From a virus: a DNA stretch of 64,000 nt. The stretch spans positions 19,314 to 83,313 of the IMG/VR virus record IMGVR_UViG_3300032675_000009; one strand, 5' to 3'. A model generated the notes under the pieces. The model had not been told where the DNA came from. It saw nothing but the letters and a program-made list of their open reading frames with translations, and made no database searches. This document shows, one piece after another, positions 1 to 8,363 of the stretch; the stretch's first letter is position 1; each line of letters begins with the position of its first letter. Both the position numbers and the translations under genes were made by a program.

Positions 1-2
1 TG

Positions 3-437
3 TACGTGATCCAGGACGAGGTAACAGCGAACGAAATGAAAACTTTTCAGAAGGACGATTTCGATGATCGATCAGGATCAGCCAGCTTCGGGTTCTTTGA
101 CGATTGCCTTATAAGTGCAATGATCGCACTGTACACGGCCCACGAAACGGACTTCGATGAGAACCTGGGGTACATTCCCATTCGCAAGACGCGGGAGGAA
201 ATTCGGGGTGCTTTTCCATGGGAAATGGAATGCACGCGTTGTGGCGCGACGTGGGGATCGGCCAATCCGAACTCGGAATGGAACTGCCCAAATGAAGACT
301 GCGGCTGCAGGATCCACACCGCTAAGAGGACCGGCGTTGAAGAGAACTTGCCGGCCAAAGTGGATTGGAACGACATGGGGAAAACGGCCGAAGAAATGGC
401 GGCTGAGGGTTTCAAGTTAGACTACGAGATGATGTAG
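3..437 (+). CDS. Terminase large subunit, C-terminal part (5' truncated by window edge)
   Basis: Open frame from the window edge. FDDCLISAMIAL resembles the terminal acidic motif of TerL RNase H-like nuclease domains, followed by a CxxC..CxxxxC Zn-ribbon; lies upstream of the portal gene. Confidence 0.55.
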   Translation, partial: YVIQDEVTANEMKTFQKDDFDDRSGSASFGFFDDCLISAMIALYTAHETDFDENLGYIPIRKTREEIRGAFPWEMECTRCGATWGSANPNSEWNCPNEDCGCRIHTAKRTGVEENLPAKVDWNDMGKTAEEMAAEGFKLDYEMM

Positions 438-456
438 CTGTAGAATGGCTGTGTCC

Positions 457-752
457 GTGAAACACCTTGCGGCTTCTCAGGCAACGCATGAGCTAACAGC
501 CTCTATCTACCCGCCTAAGCACATCCTCACAGCATCGGAAGTTTGCCAGTGTTAGGCAGCCGTCTTCGCGCATCGGCTTGACCTGCCTAGACTGGTCGAA
601 GAACGTTATCGATTTGCGGCATGCATCCCAAGCGCCAATGCGCTCCTCAAGGGCTGCGTTGTAAAGTGTTCGCACGCTTCCCGAAGTTGACCGTCCAGGA
701 ACGCGACCTGCGGCTTCGTCGGGTAGATCCTGTATTTATAGGTGAGCTTCAT
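457..752 (-). pseudogene. tnpB: Internally deleted, frameshifted IS200/IS605-family tnpB remnant
   Basis: MKLTYKYRIYPTKPQ...(frameshift)...LYNAALEER...SITFFDQSRQ...EDVLRRVDR is the typical TnpB N-terminal HTH region. It jumps directly to a right-end-like sequence ...GCGTTGCCTGAGAAGCCGCAAGGTGTTTCAC; the RuvC domain is missing. Confidence 0.8.
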
Positions 753-877
753 GATGGCTTTTGCGGGCACTGTGGCATGTGTGAGCGTAGCTCTCGAACG
801 CCTAATTTCTTTCGGCAATACGGACAGGGGCTCGGAATCTTCTTCCTTCCGCCTCCCGTAGCCCTCTTTCTTTCCAT
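749..877 (-). CDS. 42-aa small Zn-finger protein (CPYC...H...C)
   Basis: Manual translation MERKRATGGGRKKIPSPCPYCRKKLGVRELRSHMPQCPQKPS; its TGA overlaps the tnpB ATG (ATGA). Confidence 0.55.
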   Translation of the reverse strand: MERKRATGGGRKKIPSPCPYCRKKLGVRELRSHMPQCPQKPS

Positions 878-970
878 GCCTAATTGTGACACCAATAAGG
901 ATCAAGCGCAACCTACTCAGAAAAAGAATCCTCAATGCCTTAGAATGAATTCGAGAGGGACAGGGACGCA

Positions 971-1180
971 ATGAACAAGTACGCAGCAAGAACCACCAAT
1001 GGATTTGTTGACATCATCGCTGATAGATTCACCTATACAGACGATGGTTTATTTCTGCACTTCCTTCGCACCACGGATGCGCAGGAGGAGACGGCGGGAT
1101 TGATTGCAGTGGAGTGCTTGGAGCATATGGTGGTCGTGCCACTTGCTAAGAAGCCGGAGACCGCCAATGGCAACCAGTAA
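971..1180 (+). CDS. Hypothetical protein
   Basis: ORF with upstream AGGGA RBS; overlaps the next gene. Confidence 0.6.
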   Translation: MNKYAARTTNGFVDIIADRFTYTDDGLFLHFLRTTDAQEETAGLIAVECLEHMVVVPLAKKPETANGNQ

Positions 1181-1751
1181 AAAAGAAACACAGTTCTCGC
1201 TGAGTATCGCTTTGCGAGAAGACCGCGTTAGCAAGATCGACCGAAGCGTTCAGCAATCTCTTCAGATTGGCGAGAAGGTTGCCGGCATCGCCACCGGCCT
1301 ACTCAACGAACTGGCAGACGGCGGCCTCATGTTGACCGCAGACCAAGCGAGTCGCATTCAGTCCATCCTGGGGGAAACCACCGGTGAGGCAATCATCAAG
1401 GCGGCAGAGAAAGCGGCGGGCCGGCGCGGTGGCGGAGTAGTGGTCGAGTGGGTTGCGGATCCATCCTGGGTAGGATCTTTCGAGGATACTGCCAAGCAGC
1501 AGGGCATTACCCTCAGCGCATTGGTCCAGCAGATGATGGACACCGCTGTCGACAATGGTTGGTTCTACCAGATGTCCATCCAGCCCCGGCGTATCCTACT
1601 GTCGGAAGCGGCCGACCGGTACTTGCGTCAGGTAATGGGTCGCGATGTATTCACCGGTGAGGACATTGTTCAGTTGGTGAAGGAAAAGATCGCAGAGGCG
1701 GACGGCGACCTGTTTGGCTTGGCGACAACCAAAGAGGCGGTTCCGGCGTAA
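1167..1751 (+). CDS. Hypothetical protein, possibly DNA-binding (ribbon-helix-helix-like segment)
   Basis: ATG 1167 with GGAG RBS; segment AKQQGITLSALVQQMM resembles RHH helices; coupled to the next gene (TAATG). Confidence 0.55.
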   Translation: MATSKKETQFSLSIALREDRVSKIDRSVQQSLQIGEKVAGIATGLLNELADGGLMLTADQASRIQSILGETTGEAIIKAAEKAAGRRGGGVVVEWVADPSWVGSFEDTAKQQGITLSALVQQMMDTAVDNGWFYQMSIQPRRILLSEAADRYLRQVMGRDVFTGEDIVQLVKEKIAEADGDLFGLATTKEAVPA

Positions 1752-2158
1752 TGCCGATGTACGAGGGGTATTGCCCCGCGTGCGATCCGGAGTGCCGCAA
1801 TCCGGAAGAGCACTACTACCCGCTATCAACAAGCCCAGAAGCACCATGTTCCGCATGTGGCGGCGAGCGCCGGCGACTGGTTTCCCAGTTCGCCGTTGTG
1901 TTCACCGGGGTGATCTCGACATCTAAGTACGGGGATCCGAGACTGGAACGCTACAACACCAAGGTGGATGGCCACCAAGCGTGGCGCCGGCGAAGCAGCT
2001 TAAGCGGAAAACCGGAGCCCGTCTGGATTGAGACCTTCGAGGACCAAAAGCGTTTCTGCCGCGAAGAGGGTTTGACGAATCCCAAAGACGTCGGGCCCAT
2101 GGAAATCGGTGATGACGGAAAGTCTTACAGTACTCGGGGTATGCCGGGGTGCTGGTGA
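1751..2158 (+). CDS. FmdB-family zinc-ribbon protein
   Basis: MPMYEGYCPAC...PCSACGG..RRLVS pattern, commonly found next to phage portal genes. Confidence 0.75.
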   Translation: MPMYEGYCPACDPECRNPEEHYYPLSTSPEAPCSACGGERRRLVSQFAVVFTGVISTSKYGDPRLERYNTKVDGHQAWRRRSSLSGKPEPVWIETFEDQKRFCREEGLTNPKDVGPMEIGDDGKSYSTRGMPGCW

Positions 2159-2161
2159 GAC

Positions 2162-2170
2162 TGCTAGAAT
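2162..2170 (+). promoter_or_regulatory. Extended -10 promoter element (TGCTAGAAT) before portal
   Basis: Same TGCTAG(A/G)(A/C)T element as at 4083-4091, 4635-4643 and 4830-4838. Confidence 0.45.
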
Positions 2171-2182
2171 AGCGTGGACTGA

Positions 2183-4066
2183 ATGTCCGTAACGCCGATA
2201 CCACGCGCGCCGTACTACCGGGAAAAGTCCGGCTCCGAGATCGCTCCGGACTCGGATTACAAGAGTCGTCTGCTATCGTGGCGGGAATCCGCCAAACAGC
2301 AAGCGATCGTCGAACTCCAGGCGAGTCTTGAGTGGTCGGAAATCGCTTCGTACATTGCGCACTTGAATGGCGATATGTGGCCTCGAGAGCGCGCGAAGTA
2401 CCTATCCTCGTTCGTCGACAACAAGCTGGGAGATTGCCGGCAAGACACATTGGCACAGCTTACCGACATCAATCCGACGATCGACGTATCATCGGCGGTA
2501 GGGGAATATCAGCAGCAAGCCAAGATCATCAACGACGTCATCCATGCGGAATGGTCTCGCCGGAACATGGGGATGAGCCTCATCCAACTGGTCGACCATT
2601 CACTGTTCGGTCGTGGCTTCTGGAAGCTCGGAGCGGTATCGCCAGGGAAATTGATCACGACGGCGTGCGGCATGGATACGGTGCTTCCGATTCAGTGCAA
2701 CGGGGATATCCAGGAATCGAGCGCGGTGCTGTACCGAACCCTAAAGCCGCCGTCGTATTTCAAGAATATCTGGGGGGCCCGGGCAGATGGCATCGAGAAT
2801 CAATCGAGTGCCAACATGCTGGCCACTACCGGCACGAACACATTTCAGCGGCCGGGCAACATGAGCGAGTACACTTGGAATTCGTTGTCGCCAAGTATGC
2901 GCCGGGCGATGGGATCGCGCGTATCACTAAACCCAGCGGCCAATGAAGTACAGACATTCCCGGCGGTGGAACTGCAGGAGTTCTGGGTCGATGATTTCGA
3001 GACCAACAACTCGCAGCACGACGTGTTGGTAAAAAACCCGTACATTTCAGAGGCCCTTCACAATTACCACTACGTGGTGAAACCCGGTCAGCGGCTATGG
3101 CCGCGCAAGCGTCTTATCGTATTCGCGGGCGATCGCATCATGTACGACGGCCCAAGTCCGTACTGGCACGGAAGATTCCCGTTTGCGGAGTTAAGCTTGA
3201 ACCCGGTGGTGTGGGCGCCGGGTGGGGCAAGCAAGTATCGCCCCCTAGTGCCGCTCAACAAAGCGATCAACGACATTGGCGCCGGCACCCTGGACAACAT
3301 CAAGAAGGCCCTGAATCAAACCGTTATCACGCGCAAGGGCGCCATCAACGACGCGGACTGGGAAAAGTACTACCCGAACAGGCCGGGCTCGAAACTCAGG
3401 ATGAATCCAAACGCCAACCCGACCGCTGACCTTCGGTTCAGTGGAGCCGTGGATTTGCCGGGATACGTGTTCCAGTTCCTGTCCCAATACCTGCAGCCCC
3501 GGTTTGACAAGGCGGCCGGCATCCTTGACGTGTCGTCCTTGACAAAGAAGAAACAGGTTCCCGGCGGCGATGCGATCGAGGCAATACGTGATTCACAGAC
3601 TTCTCAATTTCGGCTCGAGAGCAAGTTTATTGCAAACATGCTGACCAAGGCCGGCGAGCAGGCGGTTTCCAATATCATCCAGTACTTCGACCGATCAACC
3701 CGGATGAGGATGCTGGGAGCGGATGGGCAGACCTGGAATGACTTCGATTACAAAGCCGGTAGCCTTGCCCCAGCCATGGGTGACGAGTATGCGCATTGGA
3801 CCAATTTCGCGCTTCGCATATCCGAGGGCTCGCTGGACGGCAGGAGTAAGGATCGAGACAAGACGCTGGCCGCGCAGCTTTACAAGCTTGGCGCCATCTC
3901 CCTGCAGGAACTTCACCGTAAGCTCGGCATCAGCAACTCCCAGCAAATCCTGAAGGAGATGTCCGAGGAGGCCCAAATGGGGCTGCATGGATCCGGGGGT
4001 GGCAAGTCGAGTGGCGGCCGGACCCCGCGCGCAACCAGGGGACAGCGCAACGGTAAGGATGTTTGA
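2183..4066 (+). CDS. Portal protein (P22-like)
   Basis: 627 aa; SPYWHGRFPF, LVPLNKAIN and PGSKLRMN segments and position between terminase and scaffold/capsid match P22-type portals. Confidence 0.85.
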   Translation: MSVTPIPRAPYYREKSGSEIAPDSDYKSRLLSWRESAKQQAIVELQASLEWSEIASYIAHLNGDMWPRERAKYLSSFVDNKLGDCRQDTLAQLTDINPTIDVSSAVGEYQQQAKIINDVIHAEWSRRNMGMSLIQLVDHSLFGRGFWKLGAVSPGKLITTACGMDTVLPIQCNGDIQESSAVLYRTLKPPSYFKNIWGARADGIENQSSANMLATTGTNTFQRPGNMSEYTWNSLSPSMRRAMGSRVSLNPAANEVQTFPAVELQEFWVDDFETNNSQHDVLVKNPYISEALHNYHYVVKPGQRLWPRKRLIVFAGDRIMYDGPSPYWHGRFPFAELSLNPVVWAPGGASKYRPLVPLNKAINDIGAGTLDNIKKALNQTVITRKGAINDADWEKYYPNRPGSKLRMNPNANPTADLRFSGAVDLPGYVFQFLSQYLQPRFDKAAGILDVSSLTKKKQVPGGDAIEAIRDSQTSQFRLESKFIANMLTKAGEQAVSNIIQYFDRSTRMRMLGADGQTWNDFDYKAGSLAPAMGDEYAHWTNFALRISEGSLDGRSKDRDKTLAAQLYKLGAISLQELHRKLGISNSQQILKEMSEEAQMGLHGSGGGKSSGGRTPRATRGQRNGKDV

Positions 4067-4091
4067 CGTCGTTGACGCGACCTGCTAGGAT
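4063..4091 (+). promoter_or_regulatory. sigma70-type promoter TTGACG-17-TAGGAT (extended -10)
   Basis: Direct match with 17-bp spacer. Confidence 0.6.
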
Positions 4092-4101
4092 ACGGGCCGA
4101 T

Positions 4102-4350
4102 ATGCCGCACATTAACGATAGAGTATTGGTATTTTTGGCCTTTCTGACAACTCTTGTCCTCATGGGTATCCTCGTGGCCTCTAAAGGTTGTACCGGGACT
4201 GAGCCGGTAATGCTGGCCCTGGGTACGATCGCCACTACGCTGGCGGGTGTTCTCGGCGGCATTTCGCGCAGTTCACCTGGCGCGACCACTACGACCACTA
4301 CAAGTGACGACAAGCCACCAGTGACCGATACACAGACGAAGACCCAATAA
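4102..4350 (+). CDS. Small two-TM membrane protein (holin-like)
   Basis: Two hydrophobic helices and a polar C-terminus; ATG 4102 just after the promoter. Confidence 0.55.
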   Translation: MPHINDRVLVFLAFLTTLVLMGILVASKGCTGTEPVMLALGTIATTLAGVLGGISRSSPGATTTTTTSDDKPPVTDTQTKTQ

Positions 4351-4448
4351 TGTTCCGGCGGACCGGGCACGCCACACTCCGGTCCTTAATGGCGATACAG
4401 TACTCCCAGCCTTAAGGGCATAACGGGATGGAAAATAACGCCGGACAT
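4351..4448 (+). ncRNA. Candidate structured RNA upstream of tRNA
   Basis: Closing stem 4354-4360/4439-4445, hairpin 4360-4366/4379-4385, loop CGCCA complementary to TGGCG (4390-4394), second hairpin 4404-4428. Confidence 0.4.
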
Positions 4449-4466
4449 GATACATTGGAATTTCGC

Positions 4467-4543
4467 AGCGCGGTAGAGCAGTCAGGTAGCTCGAATGGCT
4501 CATAACCATTAGGCCGCTGGTTCAAATCCAGCCCGCGCCACCA
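4467..4543 (+). tRNA. tRNA-Met(CAT), initiator-like
   Basis: Full cloverleaf, anticodon CAT at 4501-4503, TTCAAAT T-loop, encoded CCA, A1:C72 mismatch, A11:U24 pair. Confidence 0.93.
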
Positions 4544-4569
4544 ACACACCCCATAGCCGATGGCAGTAC

Positions 4570-4612
4570 CCGGCCGACGAACTACGGTAACGTAGCGTCG
4601 GCCGGTTTTTTT
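4570..4612 (+). terminator. Rho-independent terminator
   Basis: CCGGCCGACG...CGTCGGCCGG stem followed by T7. Confidence 0.85.
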
Positions 4613-4614
4613 GT

Positions 4615-4643
4615 TTGACCCTACTTATTTGACCTGCTAGACT
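4615..4643 (+). promoter_or_regulatory. sigma70-type promoter TTGACC-17-TAGACT
   Basis: Direct match with extended -10 TG. Confidence 0.6.
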
Positions 4644-4687
4644 TCCGGGCGATGAATCAACTCTGCCAAGGAAGGAGGGATCCAGAC

Positions 4688-4738
4688 ATGGCAAAGGGTC
4701 GCAAGAAGTCCAAAAGAATGAAGAAGGAGCGCATGTAA
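4688..4738 (+). CDS. 16-aa basic micropeptide MAKGRKKSKRMKKERM
   Basis: Strong RBS (AAGGAGG), own promoter and own terminator. Confidence 0.65.
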   Translation: MAKGRKKSKRMKKERM

Positions 4739-4756
4739 TGCCTTCCCACTTAACCC

Positions 4757-4785
4757 TGGCCGGCCTTCGGGTCGGCCGTTTTTTT
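4757..4785 (+). terminator. Rho-independent terminator (UUCG loop)
   Basis: TGGCCGGCC-TTCG-GGTCGGCCG followed by T7. Confidence 0.85.
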
Positions 4786-4809
4786 GTGACAAACATTTTC
4801 CATTGACAT

Positions 4810-4838
4810 TTGCGATTTAATTATTTCCCTGCTAGAAT
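4810..4838 (+). promoter_or_regulatory. sigma70-type promoter TTGCGA-17-TAGAAT
   Basis: Extended -10 TGCTAGAAT with AT-rich spacer. Confidence 0.55.
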
Positions 4839-4895
4839 CACCGCGACGTTCGTGATAAGTACGCGGGCGAATATAGGGAAAGGGGAGCAACCACC

Positions 4896-4943
4896 ATGGC
4901 ACGCAAAAAGGCCGGCCGCAAGGCCAAGCACGCCCGTAAGTAG
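4896..4943 (+). CDS. 15-aa basic micropeptide MARKKAGRKAKHARK
   Basis: RBS AGGGGAG, promoter upstream, hairpin downstream. Confidence 0.65.
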   Translation: MARKKAGRKAKHARK

Positions 4944-5030
4944 TTTGCCGGGCGTAGTTGAACTAGGGCGGCCCTCTTCCCTTTAGGACGGGCTGCCCGG
5001 CTCACTCTCAGCACAGTGGAAAAGGAAAAC

Positions 5031-5333
5031 ATGCCGAGCAAAAATTTTGACACCATCGGAACGCAACAGGGATTGGGAACCAAGCCTGTCTCTTCTCCGT
5101 CGTCCAACCCCCGGAGTGGCCAGTTCGAGCCCATCGGCACGGAGGCTAGTCTCGGGCGCAAGCCGATCGCCTCGCCTTCAGCAAACCCGAAAAGCGGAGC
5201 GTTTCAGACGATTGGCGAGCAGTCGCCACTGAATCGCGCGCCGCAGAAGGTCTGGAACAGCAATGATCGCATTCCGTTTTCGGAACGTGCGGTCGCGCAG
5301 TCACAGATCTCGGGCAAGGGAAAGCGTAAGTAA
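5031..5333 (+). CDS. Hypothetical protein with three ~26-aa internal repeats
   Basis: FDTIGTQQGLGTKPVSSPSSNPRSGQ / FEPIGTEASLGRKPIASPSANPKSGA / FQTIGEQSPL; AAGGA RBS. Confidence 0.7.
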   Translation: MPSKNFDTIGTQQGLGTKPVSSPSSNPRSGQFEPIGTEASLGRKPIASPSANPKSGAFQTIGEQSPLNRAPQKVWNSNDRIPFSERAVAQSQISGKGKRK

Positions 5334-5750
5334 ATGGCCGATCAGTACACGCCGCCGCAGCCGCCGCAAGTTCGGAGACAGCAAATCTCTCCCATGATGC
5401 TTGCTGCCGCGCAGCATGGATCCGGCGCTCAGCCCGGCACTCAGCAGGCCGGCGGAGAACTGGTCGACCAACTGGGCCAGAAAATCAGCGAGCTTGAGAA
5501 GTGGACGTCCGACGTGAATACGCTGGTGAGTTCTCTCAAGCCTGAACTGAAGGCATTGCTCGGGCCTATCGCTCAAGTAGGCAAAGCCTTTCAGAAGGAA
5601 GTCATGGAAATGAAGAAGCGCGCCGGTCAGAGTGTCCCGGGACAGGCACCCCAGGCAGGAGCGCAGCAAGGTCAGGAGCAGGGAGATGGTGCGGGCGGCG
5701 CCGATGTCCCGAATCCTGCCGAGGGCGCGGCGGTCAACATGGCCGCCTAG
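5334..5750 (+). CDS. Hypothetical head-module protein
   Basis: Adjacent to the previous gene; Q/G/P-rich with a central helix. Confidence 0.7.
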   Translation: MADQYTPPQPPQVRRQQISPMMLAAAQHGSGAQPGTQQAGGELVDQLGQKISELEKWTSDVNTLVSSLKPELKALLGPIAQVGKAFQKEVMEMKKRAGQSVPGQAPQAGAQQGQEQGDGAGGADVPNPAEGAAVNMAA

Positions 5751-5802
5751 TAAGGCATGTCCGGATTCGGACATGGATTTCGAGTAAGGGACAGGGACAA
5801 CC

Positions 5803-6696
5803 ATGGGCATTTTTGACGATGTACTTGCAGAGCAGGTGACGGACTCCACAGACCGCGAGGTACTGGCGGGGTATGCAAAGAAGTATCCAGGCTTGGAAAA
5901 GGCCGTCTTGGCGCAGCGAGAGTTTTCTCGCAGGATGAATGAACTCACCGCCAAGGAGATCGAGTACAAGCAGGACAGGGAACAGTTGACCGCTTGGGAG
6001 GCGTGGCGGGATCAACACTGGGACGGTGAGTCGAAAATGACGAAGGCGCAGAAGGCGGCCTACGATCGACTCAATGCAGCAGAAGCAAGGGTAGCAGAGT
6101 TGATGGCATCACAAGGGACAGGTAACGAAATGACATTTGACGAGATCCAACAGAACCTCGTGCGCGAGGGATACGTGAAGAAGGGCGACATTGAGCAGTT
6201 CGCTAAGCAACTCAATCTCGTCGACTCTAACGGACTCACGACCGGCCTGCAAAACCAGGCAAAGGCGTTCGAGCATATCTACGTGAAGGCGACCCCGTTC
6301 ATCCGGAAGTTCGAGCGGGAATTCAACGAGGACATGGATTTCGAGGCGTTCTACAAGACGATCGCAACACCAGAAGCGATCGCGGACATTCCGGCTGCTT
6401 ACGAGAAGTTCATCGCACCGAAGCGCGCTGAGTTGCAGGTCAAGAAAGCGCAGCAGCAAGTGGAAGAACTGAACAAGCAGATCGAAGAAAAGAAGACCGT
6501 CGCGAACAGCGCCGGCCAGCCTACTGACAACGGAGCGCCCGTAATGGGCCACATGCAGAAGGCGGCGATGGAACGTGCCAAGGGCGGAGACCCGGCCGCA
6601 TCGCTCGACAAGATTACGGCGCCACTCGGTTCTGGCGCCTTGGCGTCGGCCATCGCGGCCGATTACGCAAAGCAAAGCGCCGGAGGAACGGCGTAG
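5803..6696 (+). CDS. Probable capsid scaffolding protein
   Basis: Charged coiled-coil protein immediately upstream of the major capsid gene. Confidence 0.65.
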   Translation: MGIFDDVLAEQVTDSTDREVLAGYAKKYPGLEKAVLAQREFSRRMNELTAKEIEYKQDREQLTAWEAWRDQHWDGESKMTKAQKAAYDRLNAAEARVAELMASQGTGNEMTFDEIQQNLVREGYVKKGDIEQFAKQLNLVDSNGLTTGLQNQAKAFEHIYVKATPFIRKFEREFNEDMDFEAFYKTIATPEAIADIPAAYEKFIAPKRAELQVKKAQQQVEELNKQIEEKKTVANSAGQPTDNGAPVMGHMQKAAMERAKGGDPAASLDKITAPLGSGALASAIAADYAKQSAGGTA

Positions 6697-6847
6697 GGAC
6701 GAACAATGAACTATCGCTCTATTTCATCTCGACACCACGAGCAGGGGACAGTGAGTGGTGGCCGGACTCCCGAGTATCTTGGCGGGGGAAAACCTTTACC
6801 CACAACCCCTAGTTCGCAAGAACTAGTCACTGTCAAGGAGAATTAAC

Positions 6848-7822
6848 GTGGCCCTAACCCTCACGGAAATCAACAGCTACACCGTCCCATTTATCGTACC
6901 CAGGACAAGCGACACAATCTTTAAAAATAGTCCTGTCTTTACGCGCCTTCAGACCAAGCAGCGGCAGCGGTTCACCGGTGGTACGCAAATTCAGCGGCCG
7001 ATCATCGTTGGCGAACTGAACGGTGATTTCGTCAACCGTGGTGAAGCGATGAACATCGACTTCGTGACCACGGACACGGCCCTGGTCAACAACATGAAGC
7101 TGTGCTACGTGACCATCGCGCTGTACGGTTACGACAGCATGCTGAACGACGGGCCGGAGGCGATCTTCAGCCAGGTCGAAACCAAGTTCCTCAACGCGTC
7201 CATGAAGATGGCGAAACTGATGGGGACCAACATGTACCTGGACGGCACGTCGACCAGCGGCCGCACCAAGTACCTGAACGGTTTTTCGGAGTGGATCGAC
7301 GACGGCAACCTGTATCCCTCGGTCGGCGGCATCAACCGTGCGGACATCGTGCCAGTTGGAACGGTCGGTGGCCTGAACGCGTACACCGCGACCATGACCA
7401 GCTTCCAGTTGCAGACCGTGAACTCGGCTTACGGACAAGCGTGGTTCGGCGCCGACCATCCGGATTTGATCCCGTCGACACAGAACGGCTGGAACTTCAT
7501 TTGGAATGCGCTGCAGCCCAGCCAGCGTTACCCTGACCCCAACGGCGACATGGCGACCACCGGGTTCCAGTCGTTCCGATTCAACGCGGCGGATGTCGTG
7601 GTTGACAAGTACATGCCGACCGGCACCTCCGGAGTCATGTTCCTGCTGAACACCGATTACATCGAGTGGTACTTCAGCACCAACCCCAAGTTCCAGTTCG
7701 GATTCACCGGTTTCAAGGAACAGGTCAATTCGATCGACGTGGCCGGAGAATTCCTCTGCGGCTCCAACATCGTGTGCCCCAACCCCAGAACCTCGGCCAA
7801 GATCCTGAGCACGCTGTTCTAA
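6848..7822 (+). CDS. Major capsid protein
   Basis: AAGGAG RBS, GTG start, 324 aa, strongly biased codon usage; DTIFKNSPVFTRL..GGTQIQRPI N-terminus typical of HK97-fold podovirus coats. Confidence 0.88.
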   Translation: MALTLTEINSYTVPFIVPRTSDTIFKNSPVFTRLQTKQRQRFTGGTQIQRPIIVGELNGDFVNRGEAMNIDFVTTDTALVNNMKLCYVTIALYGYDSMLNDGPEAIFSQVETKFLNASMKMAKLMGTNMYLDGTSTSGRTKYLNGFSEWIDDGNLYPSVGGINRADIVPVGTVGGLNAYTATMTSFQLQTVNSAYGQAWFGADHPDLIPSTQNGWNFIWNALQPSQRYPDPNGDMATTGFQSFRFNAADVVVDKYMPTGTSGVMFLLNTDYIEWYFSTNPKFQFGFTGFKEQVNSIDVAGEFLCGSNIVCPNPRTSAKILSTLF

Positions 7823-7850
7823 GGAAGAAAGAGAAAGGAGACCAAAGAAC

Positions 7851-8354
7851 ATGACTATCACAGACGTAGCAGTTGGCCTCGGCGGGTTGGTGACACTTCG
7901 CAAGTTCACCATCCCCTACAACGACCCCAACCTGATCGCGCTTGGAGCGGTGACGGCCGGCAATGTGAACTTGGCGGTGTCGTCCTTGACAAATGCGCCG
8001 ATTCAGCCGACGACAAGCCCAGTGCAGGGATACCTACTGAATCAAGCGGCAAAGATTCTCGGTGTCTGTATTCACCACACCACGGCGTTCACCGGAACGG
8101 GTCCGCTCACTGCCCTCACGGTCAGCGTCGGAAATTCGATCAGTAACACTCAGTTCACCAACACTCAGGACATTTTCCAGGCAACTGGAGACACGGTGCT
8201 GTTGGAAACCGGTGGCCTGTTCAAATGCGGCCAGATCACCCCCAGCCAAGTCTTTGCTCGGTTCACTGCGACAGGCGGAAACCTGAACGTGCTAACGGCC
8301 GGCTCGGTGGATATTTACGTGATGTTTACGGACGTCACCAGTCCAAGTGAATAA
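7851..8354 (+). CDS. Probable capsid decoration/structural protein
   Basis: beta-rich, ends LTAGSVDIYV; follows the capsid gene with a strong RBS. Confidence 0.6.
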   Translation: MTITDVAVGLGGLVTLRKFTIPYNDPNLIALGAVTAGNVNLAVSSLTNAPIQPTTSPVQGYLLNQAAKILGVCIHHTTAFTGTGPLTALTVSVGNSISNTQFTNTQDIFQATGDTVLLETGGLFKCGQITPSQVFARFTATGGNLNVLTAGSVDIYVMFTDVTSPSE

Positions 8355-8363
8355 AGGGGAACC

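Noticed and set aside
2243-2260. Further degenerate palindrome copies (about 2243, 20364, 51211)
   Set aside because: Two or more mismatches in the core; not distinguishable from chance without a PWM scan.
4467-4543. tRNA as prophage attachment site or host boundary
   Set aside because: Flanked on both sides by phage head genes; no integrase or duplicated tRNA 3' end seen in the window.
6854-7912. 352-aa antisense ORF opposite the major capsid gene (and similar shadow ORFs elsewhere)
   Set aside because: Explained by GC-rich codon bias of the sense gene; no RBS or recognisable motifs.
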